A stretch of DNA of 64,000 nucleotides. It comes from Camelus ferus. Its lineage: Eukaryota. Each line of letters starts with the position of its first letter. Positions within the stretch are counted from its first letter, which is position 1. The position numbers were made by a program, and so were the translations under genes. Shown here piece after piece: positions 12,673 through 24,854 of this stretch. The notes beneath the pieces are model-generated. The model worked only from the letters and a program-made list of their open reading frames with translations, ran no database searches and had not been told where the DNA came from. Location: NCBI RefSeq assembly GCF_009834535.1, contig NC_045696.1:113648001-113712000 (forward strand). Reading direction: 5' to 3'.

Positions 12673-14029
12673 TATTTTAGCCTGCTTTATCTTGTGAAAA
12701 TTCCTGCAGGTCACCAGTGGGGAGACAAATTCTGAGATTTCAGAAATTCCAGGAAGCTGCGGGAGGGCATTGGTGAATTTCAGCAAGTTTCACTGGCCAA
12801 ACCTGCCACCTGTGAGACCCTGGGGGGAGCTACTTAGCCCGCCTGTGAAGTAGGAATAACTGTAATAGTTCCCGGGAATGCATAAAGATGACTGAATGCC
12901 TTAGAACAGTGCCTGGCACAGTGGTATCATTCAGTAGATACTTGTTTCTCCTTTTTCCCTTCCTCTGTTTTGCAAGAGACTGTCTTAATTGACTGAGTAG
13001 GAAATACATGAACACGATTTGAAAAAAAAAATCAAACTTATACAGGGATCACACAGCTCCTTCCAGCTCCTACCCCTCACCCCTCTCCCCCACTCCCCAT
13101 CAGTGTCGTCAGCTTCTCAGGGGTCCGTCCAGATGCTCAGTGAGACACCCATTTGTGTTTGTACCTGTGCACTTTAAAAAGATGAACAGCAACACAACAC
13201 ACTACTATGCACTTTTTAAAAAAGTATAACAGCTTTATTGAGATATACTTCACGTGCCATACAATTCACTCATTTGCAGCTTGGCTGGCTTCTTTTAATG
13301 TATCGTTTATCTCACATGGGCATGATTACATCTGTCTCTTTCTATTCTATGGCTGCATCTTGTCCCCCTGTATGGATGTACCACAGTTTTATTTACTCAG
13401 CCTCTATTGCTGGGTATCTCTGTTGCTGCCGGTGCTGCAGGATACATAATATCCTTGGCTGTAGGTCGTGGTGCATGTCTAAGTCTTTCTCTGAGGTTTC
13501 TTTTCCTGCCCCTATCCCTTCCCTGGGAGTACAGATCTCTCCTCGGTTATCAATAATGACATCTCTAACAAACCAACATGCACATGATGCTGGCAACGCA
13601 CACCTCTGCATTGTTCTGCTGGGGTCTTCGGCTTATGGTTTTAACCTCTACTGGGTAACATATGTATCACTATTAATTACTATTACTACTATTATTAATG
13701 AGACTGAGATTTATGACGGGGGCTTTATGGCAGGAAAGCACCAGGGAAAAACCGGGCGATATTTGTAGTTTAATTTTGTTGGAGCACTATGTACTACTCG
13801 TCAAGGCTGAGTTTGTAGGAGATCATCAAGGACACGTCACGCACGCTGTACAATTTCTCTCAACCTCTCTTCCCCGTTGCGCTTGGAATTGAGCTTCCGT
13901 GGGCTCACAGTGGGGCGCATCCTTTACAACAGCTCTCCTAGAAGACCCTGAGGCTGAAATGCAGACTCCTGAGAACTTGTGTGACAAGACACCACAGGCA
14001 CTTCTCAGCCTGTCTTAAAATAATCACAG

Positions 14030-14245
14030 GAACTACTTACTGACAGCTTCTATCCCGTGCCAGGCACTCCTCTGAGCACTTAACATGCATTAACTCAGTT
14101 CTCCTCATGACAGCCCCAGGAGTTGTTATTATCACCACCTCCTCCCATTTTACAGAGGAGGAAACTCAGGCTCACAGGGACTGTGACTCGTCCAAGGTCT
14201 TCCGGCTAGTGAGTCTGGAAGCCAGGATTTTGCTAACTGCTGCTC
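14030..14245. mobile_element. MIR SINE (other MIR remnants near 4.5, 11.3, 11.8, 15.3, 22.2, 26.9, 42.2, 47.1, 50.6, 53.4, 55.7 and 61.0 kb)
   Basis: MIR core cccattttacagaggaggaaactcaggctca. Confidence 0.8.
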
Positions 14246-14603
14246 TCTGCTGCCGCAGAGCCCACAGGAGCGGGTGTTTCATGTCTAAGCAACGTCACGT
14301 AAGAGAATCCAGGTCTTAGCTCAGCGCCGGGCACACAGCAGGCACGAGATACCATGGGAGCTGTTATTACCTTATTCCTGATGTTCACATTCTCCTGCTT
14401 CTTGTTGAATCCTTTCATCAGAGATGTACTGTCTTGCATTCTGAAGGCTTTGAGGAATCTCCTATGAAGACACAAAGAAACCTGGGGAAAAAGAGACGCT
14501 CCCTGGTAGGAGTGAGGTAAGGACAGCAGAGAGGCCCTGGGCTGGATTTGCAGCTCTGTAACCTGATCGCGGTGTGGCTCGAATGACTCTCTTCATCTGC
14601 ATC

Positions 14604-15112
14604 TGTTACCAAGTCCAAACTCGTGCTGCTCGCTGCACGACAGGCCAATAAATCGGGAGATGAGGTGTTGGATAGGAATAATGGCTTTATTTAGGAAGCC
14701 GGCAGACCAAAAAGATGGCAGACTAATGTCCTGGAGAACCATCTTCCCCAAGTCAGAATTCAGGCTCCTTTTATACTGAAAAGGGGAGGGGGTGTGGTTG
14801 GTTGTTGCAAACCTCTTGGTGTCAGAATCCTTTGTTCTTGCAGCTGTCCACATGGGTCAGGTCATGGTGTCCCTGTAAACCTCCAACAAGACAAATATTA
14901 TTCTCTGTTCTGCAACTTTTTACCTCTATATGAATGGGAAAGTGTTCCACCCTTAAAGGTCAGAGCCTTGAGAATGGGCTCCCCTGTCTATTTCAGGCTT
15001 TAGGCAACATTCTTTTACAGAAGGTGCAGAACCAGCATGACTCAGCCCAGGAGACAGAGCAGAGGGTTAGAGCAGATCTAATATGGAGTCAGATTTGTTC
15101 TTCTCTATTACA
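14604..15112 (-). mobile_element. ERV1-type solo LTR, copy 1
   Basis: TG...CA termini, minus-strand TATAAAA and AATAAA; colinear with the copy at 33942-34431. Confidence 0.8.
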
Positions 15113-15532
15113 AGTCAAGCCTCAGTTTCCTCACCTGACAAGGTGGGGTTGTAAGAGTGCCACGGATGCCTCACCTTGTGGATTGCTGTGGATAAGAAGT
15201 CATGAACTTGAACCTCTTAGCACAGGGTCTGCAGCAGGGAGGCCGTGGGGAGTGGTGGTGAACACACCAACCCTGGGGTCTGCCTGCTTGGTTTCAAAAC
15301 CCACCCCAACCATTACCAGCTGGGTCAAGGTGGGCAAGTCACTTTGAGCCTCAGTGCCTCATCTGTAAAATGGGGCTTTTGATGGGACCCACATGGTGAT
15401 GTATTACAGCAGTGCAGTGAGACACACCCGCAGGTTATGGAGCACCGGACGAGGGTCAGGCACAGCTGTTTTTGTTGTCTGGATTCATGTTTTTAATGGT
15501 TGTATTAATCAGAGAAACACCTTATTGCCCAT

Positions 15533-15915
15533 TGTATTGGTTTGCTAGGGCAGCCATAACAAAATGCCACCGACCTGGTGGCTTAAACATCAGAAATTAA
15601 TTTCTCCAAGTTCTAAGGCTGGACATCTCATATCAAGGCATCGCAGGTTTGGTTTCTCCCGAGAACCCTCTCCTTGACATGTAGATGGCTGCTTTCCCCT
15701 CTCATGGTCCCCACTCAGTGTGCACGCAGCCCATGTGTCCCTCGGTGTCCTCCTCTCCTCTTCTAATAAGGACACCAATCAGACTGGCTCAGGGCCCACC
15801 CTAGAGGCCTCATTTAACTATTCATCTCTTTAAAGGCCCATCTTTAAATACAGCCACATTCTGGGGATTAGGGTTTCAGCATATGAATTGGGGGGACACA
15901 ACTGGGCCCCTAACA
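15533..15915 (-). mobile_element. MaLR LTR (MLT1B/C-like)
   Basis: tgtattggtttgctagggcagccataacaaa...ggcttaaac...aaggacacc...ggggacaca. Confidence 0.8.
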
Positions 15916-16173
15916 ATGGTAGAACATCAACTTGAAAGGATTGTTTTGAAGATCACATCAACAAGACACATGACAGGTGTGGGACCGTGTCCACAGCTGG
16001 CACTCAGCAAATGTGCTTTTCTCTCTGGCGTCTTGAGAACTCTTTGGAGTTGTAACACGCAAGCCTCGTCCTCAGCTGGCAAGGACCACGAGGAGGGAAT
16101 TTGGAGACCTGATGGGAACCCTTGGCAGCTGAAAAGAGGAAGGCACTTCCTCCCTCCCGGGGGCTTGCCAATG

Positions 16174-16323
16174 CAGTGGTTCTCAAACTTGAACATGCGA
16201 ATCCCCCGGAAGGGCTTGTGTATCCCCAGGTTGCTGAGTCGGTTGATCTTAGACCTTAGGATGGGCATCTTCAGCAAGTTCCCAGGTGCTGCTGCTGGTC
16301 AGGCACCACATGTTGAGAATTGT
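16174..16323. mobile_element. MER5A-like hAT MITE
   Basis: cagtggttctcaaactt...caagttcccaggtg...tgagaa. Confidence 0.7.
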
Positions 16324-17416
16324 CAGCCTAGTGTATCCCTTGTGCATCAGAGGCTGGCATGAATAAGAAGGGGTGGGGGAGGGAGATGGTACCCCAGGAA
16401 ATAATGGCTCACGCAGGCGTGCTGGGCTGCAGTTCTAGGGTGTCCAGCATGATGACCCCAAGTTAGCTTTTGCCCTAAGTCTCCACTGACCCCAGGGACA
16501 GAGCAAGGGAGGTTTTCAAAGCACTTGGCAAGGGCGAGGGGAGCCCGCTCAGCTCCTGCCCTCCTTCGCTGCCTCCCTCGTGTCCTCCACCCAGTCCTCG
16601 CTGCCTGAGGCTGCCTCCTTCACTGTGCTCCCCATGCAGCTCTGACCCGTAAGGAGAAGAGATTCACAGGGAGGCGATGGCCCCTGCACAAAGCAGCAGC
16701 TCCTGCGGGAGGGAGCAAAGCCAGAGCCTCTAGAAATGTCAGCTTACTCCAAGGAGTCGACTGGATGATGGGAGAAGGCAAGGATTTTCTACTTCTCATT
16801 GAAGGCGTTTTTATGTGTCTAAAGATGTTTTATGGAAACAGAAATGGTACCTGATAAAGTGCCAGCGTTAATCCATTTGATGTGTTTAAGGGAAGCGTTT
16901 TCACAGCAACATATCATATTAATGTAATGCTGATGGATAAGAAATGGCAGAGGGTATTTTCAAAAGATTTTTTTTTAACATGATGAGAGGAAAAGAGTGA
17001 CTTGCCATTTTATTTTTTCCTGTGAGTAAGTGAGCCTCTAATCCTAATAGTATTTGCTGAAATAGCGTTTTGGCTAAAATCCAAAGGGAGTTTTCAGAGT
17101 GGGGCAATTTCTTTTTACATCTGCTTCACTGACTCAGACACCAGACAAGCAATTCAGTTCAATAGTCATCTATTGAGTGCCAACTGTGTGTCAGGTGATA
17201 TACTGCCATCAAAGGAAATGCTGGCAATTCATGAATTATTAAGTAAATCATACTGAGCACCCTGTCCTACACTGTGCTCTGCAATACGGAAGCACACTGC
17301 TACTCAATTTGTACTAAAATCTCAAAAAATTTTGTGTTTTTAAAGGTATGTCTATCTCAACAAGTCCCTGAACATCTTCCCCAAAGAAGCACGGCATGAG
17401 TTAAAGTACATTTTCC

Positions 17417-18195
17417 GTTGGAGAGGGTGTGGGGGAAAAGGAACCCTCCCACTGTTAGTGGGAATGTAGTTTGGTGCAGCTACTATGGAGGACAGTTTGG
17501 AGGTTCGTTAAAAAAACTAAGAATAGACTTACCGTATGACCCAGCAATCCCACTCCTGGGCATATATCCAGAGAAAAGTCTAATTCGAAAAGATATATGC
17601 ACCCAAATGTTCATAGCAGCATTATTTACAATAGCCAAGACATGGAAGCAATTAAATGTCCACCGACAGATGACAGGATAAAGAAGATGTGGTACATATA
17701 TACAATGGAGTATTACTCAGCCATAAAAAAGAATGAAATACATTTTCAGCAACATAGATGGACCCAGAGATGATCATATTACGTGAAATCAGACAGAGAA
17801 AGACAAATATCATATGATATCGCTTATATGTAGAATCTTAAAAAATGACACAAATGAACTTATTTGCAAAACAGAACAGACTCACAGACATAGAAAACAA
17901 ACTATGGTTATCAAAGGGGAAAAGGCGAGGGAAGGATAAAGTAGGAGCTTGGGATTAACATACACATTACTATATATAAAATAGATAAACATCAAGGACT
18001 TACTGTATAGCTCAGGGAACTATATTCAATATCTTGTAATGACATATAATGGAAAAGAATCTGAAAAAAATGTACACATATGTATACATATAACTGAATT
18101 GCTTTGCTGTGCACCTGAAACTAACATTGTAAATCAACTACACTTCAATAAAAAAATAAAATAAAATAAAATAAAATAAAATAAAATAAAATAAA
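17417..18195 (+). mobile_element. 5'-truncated L1 with (AAAAT)n tail
   Basis: ORF2 C-terminal remnant [14 protein letters not shown]...MFIAALFTIAKTWKQ, then 3' UTR and A-rich tail. Confidence 0.92.
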
Positions 18196-19914
18196 GACAA
18201 AAAAAATGTACAAAAAAATGTTTCAGATGCGAGTTAAAGTTTAAGAGGCCTCTGATTCAGAACACTGGATACCTGTTGATTTGTTTTTAAGAAAAGTAAC
18301 CAGTGGTTTATTACTAATGGCAGTTAAAACATCACAACTGTCAAATGACTGGATTTTTTTTTTTAACATATCCGAGGGGACTCCACATCACTCTCATCTC
18401 CTTGCATCATGACGTGCTCCCTGGGAACAGCCTGCAGCCCTGAATACACTCCTGGGAGGGCAAGAATGAGACCCGTTCACCCAGGGCAGATGGGGCAGAA
18501 AAACAGGCCAAGGGCAGCTGACCCAGACGGGACCAGGAAGTGTCCCAAGTCGGGGGTTCTCCATGCCAGACTTGCAGTCACGTGCAAAAGCAGGGCTAAG
18601 GCTCTGTGTTACTCAAGTTTTATCGAGAAACACTGCAAAGCAGCCAGAACAGGGGAGAGAGAAGAGGGGCCAGACGAGGACAGAAAAGGGAGAGCAGACT
18701 GGAGGAGGCTGAGAGAGAGAGGTCTCAGGGCAAACGACGTTTGCTTCATCTTCCTTCGGGATTCGACTCCAGACCCGAGGAAAGGCTCCTTCTAGAGATG
18801 GGGGTTCAGTGGTCCTCCCATCATGATTCACTCCTCTTCATTTCCCGTGAAAAATATTTGCAGTCTTTATGAAGCTGAGTCATTACTTTTGAATTAGCCC
18901 TGGGGTCTTTGGAGAGTTACCAGACAGAAAGGATGTGTTCGGTTAAGGAAGTTTGTGATTCATCCTTTCATCTTCGAGTGACTTTTCGGGAAAACCTGGA
19001 GCCTGGGCCAGAGCCACTGTCCACTGTAGGGTGTTCTACAAAGAAAGACTTGCCCTCCTGAAGACGCAGAATGGAATGACCCGATAAAACTCAGGGTGGG
19101 CTGCTCGCTCCCTGCCTGGCCTCCTTTTCTATCCTTTAGTAAATCCCCCCCCCCCCCCCCCACTGAAGTGCCCCATTTGTTTCCTCCTTTCCTTCCAAGC
19201 CCTTTGTGAGCAGTTAGGGTGCTGTGGATGGACAGCGGGTCAGGGCAGTGGGGGACCCAGACCCTGACCTTGGGTGTTCCTCTCTCTTGGCTGCCCTGAG
19301 AGAGGGGAAGGCAGGGAGGCAGGAGCACAGGCCCAGGAGCTGGGCAGCTCGGGACCTCGCAGAAGGCAGCAGCTGAAATGTGGCAGGTCGCGGTGACCAG
19401 CAGAGGGGAGAGACAGTCCGGTCAACAGCGTCCTGGAGAAAGCAGAGGCAAGACCAGGAGGGCTTAAGCAAGGGTGTCATCTGATTTTCCTTTTCGGAAG
19501 AGCCTTCTGGTTGCATTTTTGGATGTTGGTTGGAAGCCATTTGGAAGGAGGGAGGCCAGGAGGGTTTTTTAGAGATTTGTTGGAGATTTAATCTGCTACT
19601 AATCTCAGGAAGCCTCTGTTTATAAAAAGTCTCCAAGGAGAGAGTGATGCTCAGCACACAGAGAAGAATTGCTAAGGGTGGAAGCTTCTGGACCTGCAGA
19701 AGGATGTTTGCAAGCCTGGACGCCTGCCCTGTTGCTGTCAAAGCACACTGACGACAGCCGCCTTCCTCGGGGAAGAGCGTCAGTGAGGAAAGGTGGTGGG
19801 GAGGATGCAGTTTTGGGGTAGAGGCTGCAGTGATGGGGTTAGGGAGTGTGAAAGGAGACCCTGGGGGCATCCAGAGCAGGGACTGCATAGCCTCAGTTGC
19901 ACAGGGGAATTATG

Positions 19915-20337
19915 TGGGTCATGCCTGATGCCAGGGCCTCAGCCCAGACTGACTGAATAAAAATACCAAGGACAGGGACCAGGCAGCAGCATTTTTCAAG
20001 CTTCCACAAAGATTCACTAGGCAGCCAAGACTGAGAACCACTGCCCTGAAATAGCGATCCTCCGAAGTGTGGGCGGTGAACCTGTGGCATCAGCATCTCC
20101 TGGGAGCTGGTGGGAAACTGAGTCTCAGGCCCCACCCTCCACCTGCTGAGTCAGACTCCCCTGGGGATCGCCATCAGACTGACTGCACCTTGGAATAACT
20201 TGGGCAGCTTTCCAAAAAAAAATCTCAGCACCTGGATACCCCCTCCATAAATTCTGACATGATGAGTTTGGGATGTGGCCTTTGTGACTGGACTTTTAAA
20301 CCTCCCCAGGTGATTCTCAAGTGTGGCCAGGGTGGAG
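19915..20337. mobile_element. Cluster of MER5A/MER5B-like MITEs
   Basis: tgagaaccactg, catcagcatctcctgggagct and ccccaggtgattct motifs. Confidence 0.6.
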
Positions 20338-20810
20338 AAGGGGTATGAAGCCCAGAAATTCCATTAGTGTTCTTCACGGCCCCGCAGCCTCAAATGAAGA
20401 GAGGAGGGTGAGGCCTAGGACCGGACAAATCTAAAATAACTAAATGCAGAGTTAGTTTGGAAAAGTTATTAATAGAGTGTACAGTGCTTGAATGGAATCT
20501 GTATCCTCTGCAGCAAATCATTCCTGGAATTGAAACTCCAAAAAGAGGCAAAGCAGGCAGAAGGTCCACACTGAAACATGTTCCACTAACTGCTTGCCCT
20601 GGGATGGGTCCAGTCCCCTGTGCCTGAGTATGTGCATCTGGTCAACCAGCGCAGCACAGCTGGGTCCAGAGCATCAGCAGAGGCCTCTGAGGTGGAGCCC
20701 CAGGGATCTCCCTTGTGCCGTCAGGCCCTTGTGTTGTTTCCTTCTCTCGTGTGTTGGCTGGACCTGGCTTCTAACAAACAGAACATGGCAAAATGACGGG
20801 ACATCACTTT

Positions 20811-21273
20811 TTTTTAATTGAAGTAGAGTGAATTTACAATGTTGTGTTAATTTCTGGTGTATAGTATAGTGATTCAGTTACACATATATATATTCCTTTT
20901 CATCTTCTTTATTATTATCAGTTATTACCAGATATTGAATATAGTTCCCTGTGCTGTACAGTAGGGCCTTGTTGTTCGTCTGTTTTATAGATAGTAGCAT
21001 GTATCTGCTAATCCTGAACTTTTAATTTGTCCCTCACCCTCTTTCCCCTTTGGCAACCATAAGTTTGTTTTCTATGTCTGTGAGTCTGTTCTGTCTTACA
21101 AATAAATTCATTTGTGCCATTTTTTTTTTTAGATTCCACAAATAAGTGATATCATATGATATTTTTCTTTCTCTTTCTGGCTTACTTCATTTAGAATGAC
21201 AGTCTCCAGGTCCGTCCATGTTGGCATTGCAAATGCCATTATTTCATTCTTTTTTATGACTGAGTAAGTATTC

Positions 21274-21314
<41 letters not shown>

Positions 21315-21450
21315 CATAAAATCTTCTTTATCTGTTCATCTGTCGATGGTTATTTAAGGTTGCTTCCATGTCTTGGCTATTATAAATAGCACTGTTATGA
21401 ACATTGGAGGTGCATGTGTCTTTTAGAATTAGAGTTTCCTTTGGATATAG
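20811..21450 (-). mobile_element. L1 3' fragment with TSD, inserted in an MLT1-type LTR (~20700-21665)
   Basis: T tail, L1 3' UTR and (TG)n; TSD acatcacttt at 20801-20810 and 21453-21462. Confidence 0.9.
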
Positions 21451-23629
21451 GAACATCACTTTTGAGATTAGGTTACAAGAAGACTAGGACTTCCATCTCC
21501 CTCCCTACCCCCTCCTCCATTTCTTAGAGTCCTTGTGAGAAAAGCAAGCTTCCATACTGGGAGCCGTCCTGTGGTGAGGCCCACAGTAAGGTCCTGAGTC
21601 AGGTGAGTGAGCTGGGACGTGGACCACCCCCATTCAGGCGGTGACTTGCTGTAGCCTAGAGAGAGAGCCTGAATCCTCTGTGACCTCACCTCAAACCACA
21701 CAGCAGAGCTTCCGCAGGGTTCTCTGCTGGGGTAGTCGTGGGCCAGCCAGGATCAAGGGAGGAGAAACAGACAACCTCCCAGTGAAGGGGCATCAGCCAC
21801 ACCATAAGAGTGTTTGGGTTGGAAGATTATCAGATATAGATAGAGATCATTGTGTGGCTCATAAAACCCCCTCGAGGGGTTCTTAAGATTAAATCAGAGT
21901 TTGGTGCGGGATAGAACAGCTCCCACAGAGAAGACCCCTTCAGCCAGTGTTTAACCTCTGTGTTATATTTATATAGTTATCCATCTTTGCAACATGCAAC
22001 CAGCCACAAAGTATTAGCTGCCCGTCCCCGAATCTCAGCCAGCTGGGACCAGAGAGGGGTGAGGAACGGGATGCCCGGCACAGGGCTCTGGAGCAAGAGA
22101 GATCTGGGTTGGAGTTTCAGGACTGCCTCTTACACTAGTTCAGCCTTAGAAATATCACTTTAACCTCTCGGAGTCTCAGTTCTTCTTTCGTAAAATGGGG
22201 ATTATAATGCCTGCCCGGCAAGGTGGTCGTGAGCATGCAGGGAATCTGTGAAACAGCCAGCTCACAGCCGAGGGAAATCATGGCAGGGTCAGGTAGCCAA
22301 GGCCCTTCCTTGGGCCAGGCTGGGAGGAGAGCTCAGGTCTTAAAGTCCAGGCTCACCCAAAGGCTTCTGGGAAAATGACTGATGCCCCTCTGGCCTGGCC
22401 ACATGTGAGCCTAACTGGTTAAGAAGGTCTGGACAGCAGCAAAGGGCCCAGGGAAGGCAGGCAGGGAGGTGGGCCAGGCTGGGCCCTATTAGCATGCAGC
22501 TGGTAAAGGCTGCCCACCACTCCAGGCTCAGCTGTTACTCCTCCTAGAGCCAAGGGAGAGGCAGGGAGCCGGCGGTCCAGGCTGCGGATGGAAGGGGTCT
22601 CTCTTTGGGGGCTGTTCCCTCTTGCACACAGCCCTGATTTAAATCGAGGATCCCCTGGAGAGGGCTTTGTGAGCCAAGCAATGCTAATTAACTCCATTGT
22701 TATATTTTGTTTTCAACATCAGGTCCCTCTAGTATTGGAGCACTTTCCCTTGCAAGAATTTTTAAATCTTGCCCCGGTGTATTTAGATCAATACCAGGGG
22801 CAGTGGGGCCCCGAGCAGAACCTGCAGAAGTTTCTGGGCGAGGACTCAGGCGGAGAGACTGGTTTCAGTCAAGTGAGAAGTTGACAGCACACCGTAACCA
22901 GAATCTTCTTTTGATTTTTCATTATATTCAAACCACTCTCCAGCTTCCTGAGTTATCTTACATTTTAATGGTTAGGGCTTTTTTAAATGAAAGAGAGAGT
23001 GAGGGAAAAAGAAGACGACCTGATGAACTCAACCTTGAGAGAATGGCAGCCACATGAAGGGGCTGATTAGCTGATGCCAAATTCCCTGCAAAAGCAATTC
23101 CAGAAAATTCAAGCTCCTCTGCCAAGTGCCTGGCTGTCTGGGAGCCAAGAAGGAAAGGAGGGACCAGATGAGAAATCCTGGCTGAAAGCCTGGGTTGGTT
23201 GGGCAGAACCAATTTCCCCAACTTGATCTGATCCCGGAGAGTGATCTTGGGTGATTCAAAAGCTGGTCAGGAAGACAATTGTTCCAGAGCCTTCTGGATT
23301 ACTCATAGCTCATGCCCTGACTCACCGAGCTGGACTCACTCCAGGCAGAAAGGGAGTGGGAGGCTCAGGGTGGACCCACAGAACTGGCTGCCCAGCCGTG
23401 GGCAAACTGAGGTCCCAATCTAGACAACAGGACAGTGGAATCTGGGTTTTTGTCCATGGGGCTGGTGTCCCCGTGCCCCCAAGGCTGATTGGAGGGGGAG
23501 GCTCAGGCATTCTGATAAGTGGCTGGCATCCTAAAGGAGGCTCCGGATTGGACAGTGGGAGTTGACTGTGGAAAATAAGAGCAGCCTGGCTCTTTGGGTG
23601 ACTAAGGGAGACAGTGAGAGTCTTTAAAC

Positions 23630-23986
23630 ATGTGCTATCCAATATGGCGGCCACCACACACAAGTACTGTTGAACACTGGAGATATGGACAATCCAAATT
23701 GAGATGTGCAAAATAACTTGCCAGATTCAGATGCTTGGTGTGAAAAGACATGGACGTGATCTCATAATTATTTACACTGATACATGTTGAAATGATAATT
23801 TGGGGGGCTATCCTGGGTTAAATTATTTTACAAAATGATTTTTAAATAGTTTTGCAAGATTACAAATGTATTTAATTTATGTATTATGTATATGTTGTTT
23901 ATATATTTCATATTTAATTTATATAATTTAAAAATTAAATTATGAAATAATTTAAAATAATACAAAAATTAATGTTTCTTTCCTTT
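23630..23986 (-). mobile_element. MER33 (hAT-Charlie), first part
   Basis: tgtgctatccaatatgg...aattgagatgtgc...acatgttgaaatgataat...gggttaaat...aaaattaatgtttcttt; colinear with the other copy at 37530-37803. Confidence 0.8.
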
Positions 23987-24011
23987 CTTCCTTTATTTAT
24001 TTATCATTTAT

Positions 24012-24140
24012 AAGCAAAATGGGTTTATTCAGGAACAGCAAAGAATCACAATTTGGGAGAAGCAGGCTATAGCAAAAGCCAAGGGAAGTCCCACAAAGGG
24101 GAGAAACATTATTTTATAGAGTAAAGAGAAGGAAGTCAGG
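24012..24140 (-). mobile_element. ERV LTR U3/R-like fragment ending at its poly(A) site
   Basis: Minus-strand TATAAAA (24112-24118) and AATAAA (24024-24029); an A-rich tail starts ~12-18 nt after the AATAAA. Confidence 0.55.
24024..24029 (-). terminator. Poly(A) signal AATAAA preceding the degraded A tail of the insertion
   Basis: Minus strand reads cctgAATAAAcccattttgcttataaatgataaataaataaag. Confidence 0.6.
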
Positions 24141-24338
24141 ATTTCTTTTTCTTTTAATTGAAGTATAACACATTACACAGTTCCTCTGTACTGAAACAAT
24201 AAGTAATAACATGTAATTACATTTTTGTACGCTCAGTCAAGGCTTTATAGGCTATTTCCTGCCCAAGATTCTACTTTATGGGAAATTATTCCCCAATATC
24301 TGCAACCATTCTGGAACGTAAAAAAAAATGTGCATGTT

Positions 24339-24344
24339 TTTAAT
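24339..24344 (-). terminator. Candidate proximal poly(A) signal ATTAAA of the RNF11-like gene
   Basis: ~90 nt after the stop codon, followed by CA dinucleotides and a T-run on the minus strand. Confidence 0.4.
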
Positions 24345-24431
24345 TCCTAATCCTTGGCTTATTTGGGCTTGGTGACAAAATATCAGTCATAAATACGGTG
24401 AGTTGCTTGAAATCAAACAAGGATTCCTGAC

Positions 24432-24854
24432 TCAATTCTTCCCCTGGGTTGGAGGCGGCGGCACCTCCGGGGGCCTGCGGCAGTAGGGGCAGGTGCAGGA
24501 CCGCATCAACCACTCGTCTATACAGTCCAGATGATAGACGTGCTTGCAGGGCAGAGATCGAGTGCGGTCCCCGCAAACGAAGTCCATGGAACAGATCGCA
24601 CACTCCTGCTGCGTGTCTTCTCCTAACCCATCCGATCCGTACACCCCTGCAGGCAGACGCTGTATTTGGCTGAGCCTTTGAGCGACCCTCACCTGCTCCT
24701 CCAGGGTCAGCGGCGCCGCTCGCGCCTGGTGGGACTCCCGGCGGCGCGGTCTCCTCTCCGGGGAGCGAGCCCAGCGTCTCCTCCCGCCGAAGCGCACGGG
24801 GGACTCGGGAACGAAGACATCCTCCGCGGTGCGGGGATTCAGGCAGTTCCCCAT
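24432..24854 (-). CDS. RNF11-like RING-H2 protein, intronless diverged retrogene (140 aa); not the RNF11 orthologue
   Basis: MGNCL start; LTLEEQVRVAQR..IQRLPAGVY corresponds to RNF11 LTEEEQIRIAQRIGLIQHLPKGVY; complete RING-H2 ligands C85,C88,C103,H105,H108,C111,C122,C125; strong Kozak (gagATGG); no internal stop. Confidence 0.9.
   Translation of the reverse strand: MGNCLNPRTAEDVFVPESPVRFGGRRRWARSPERRPRRRESHQARAAPLTLEEQVRVAQRLSQIQRLPAGVYGSDGLGEDTQQECAICSMDFVCGDRTRSLPCKHVYHLDCIDEWLMRSCTCPYCRRPPEVPPPPTQGKN

Noticed and set aside
17398..18240. gagttaaagt as TSD of the 17.4-18.2 kb L1
   Set aside because: Neither copy directly abuts the L1 end or its tail; may be chance.
19214..19888. Longest ORF in the track (224 aa)
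   Set aside because: No recognisable domain or coding-like composition and no supporting gene structure.
24432..24854. Calling this the true RNF11 gene
   Set aside because: RNF11 is multi-exon and highly conserved; this copy is intronless, strongly diverged and sits inside a retro-insertion.
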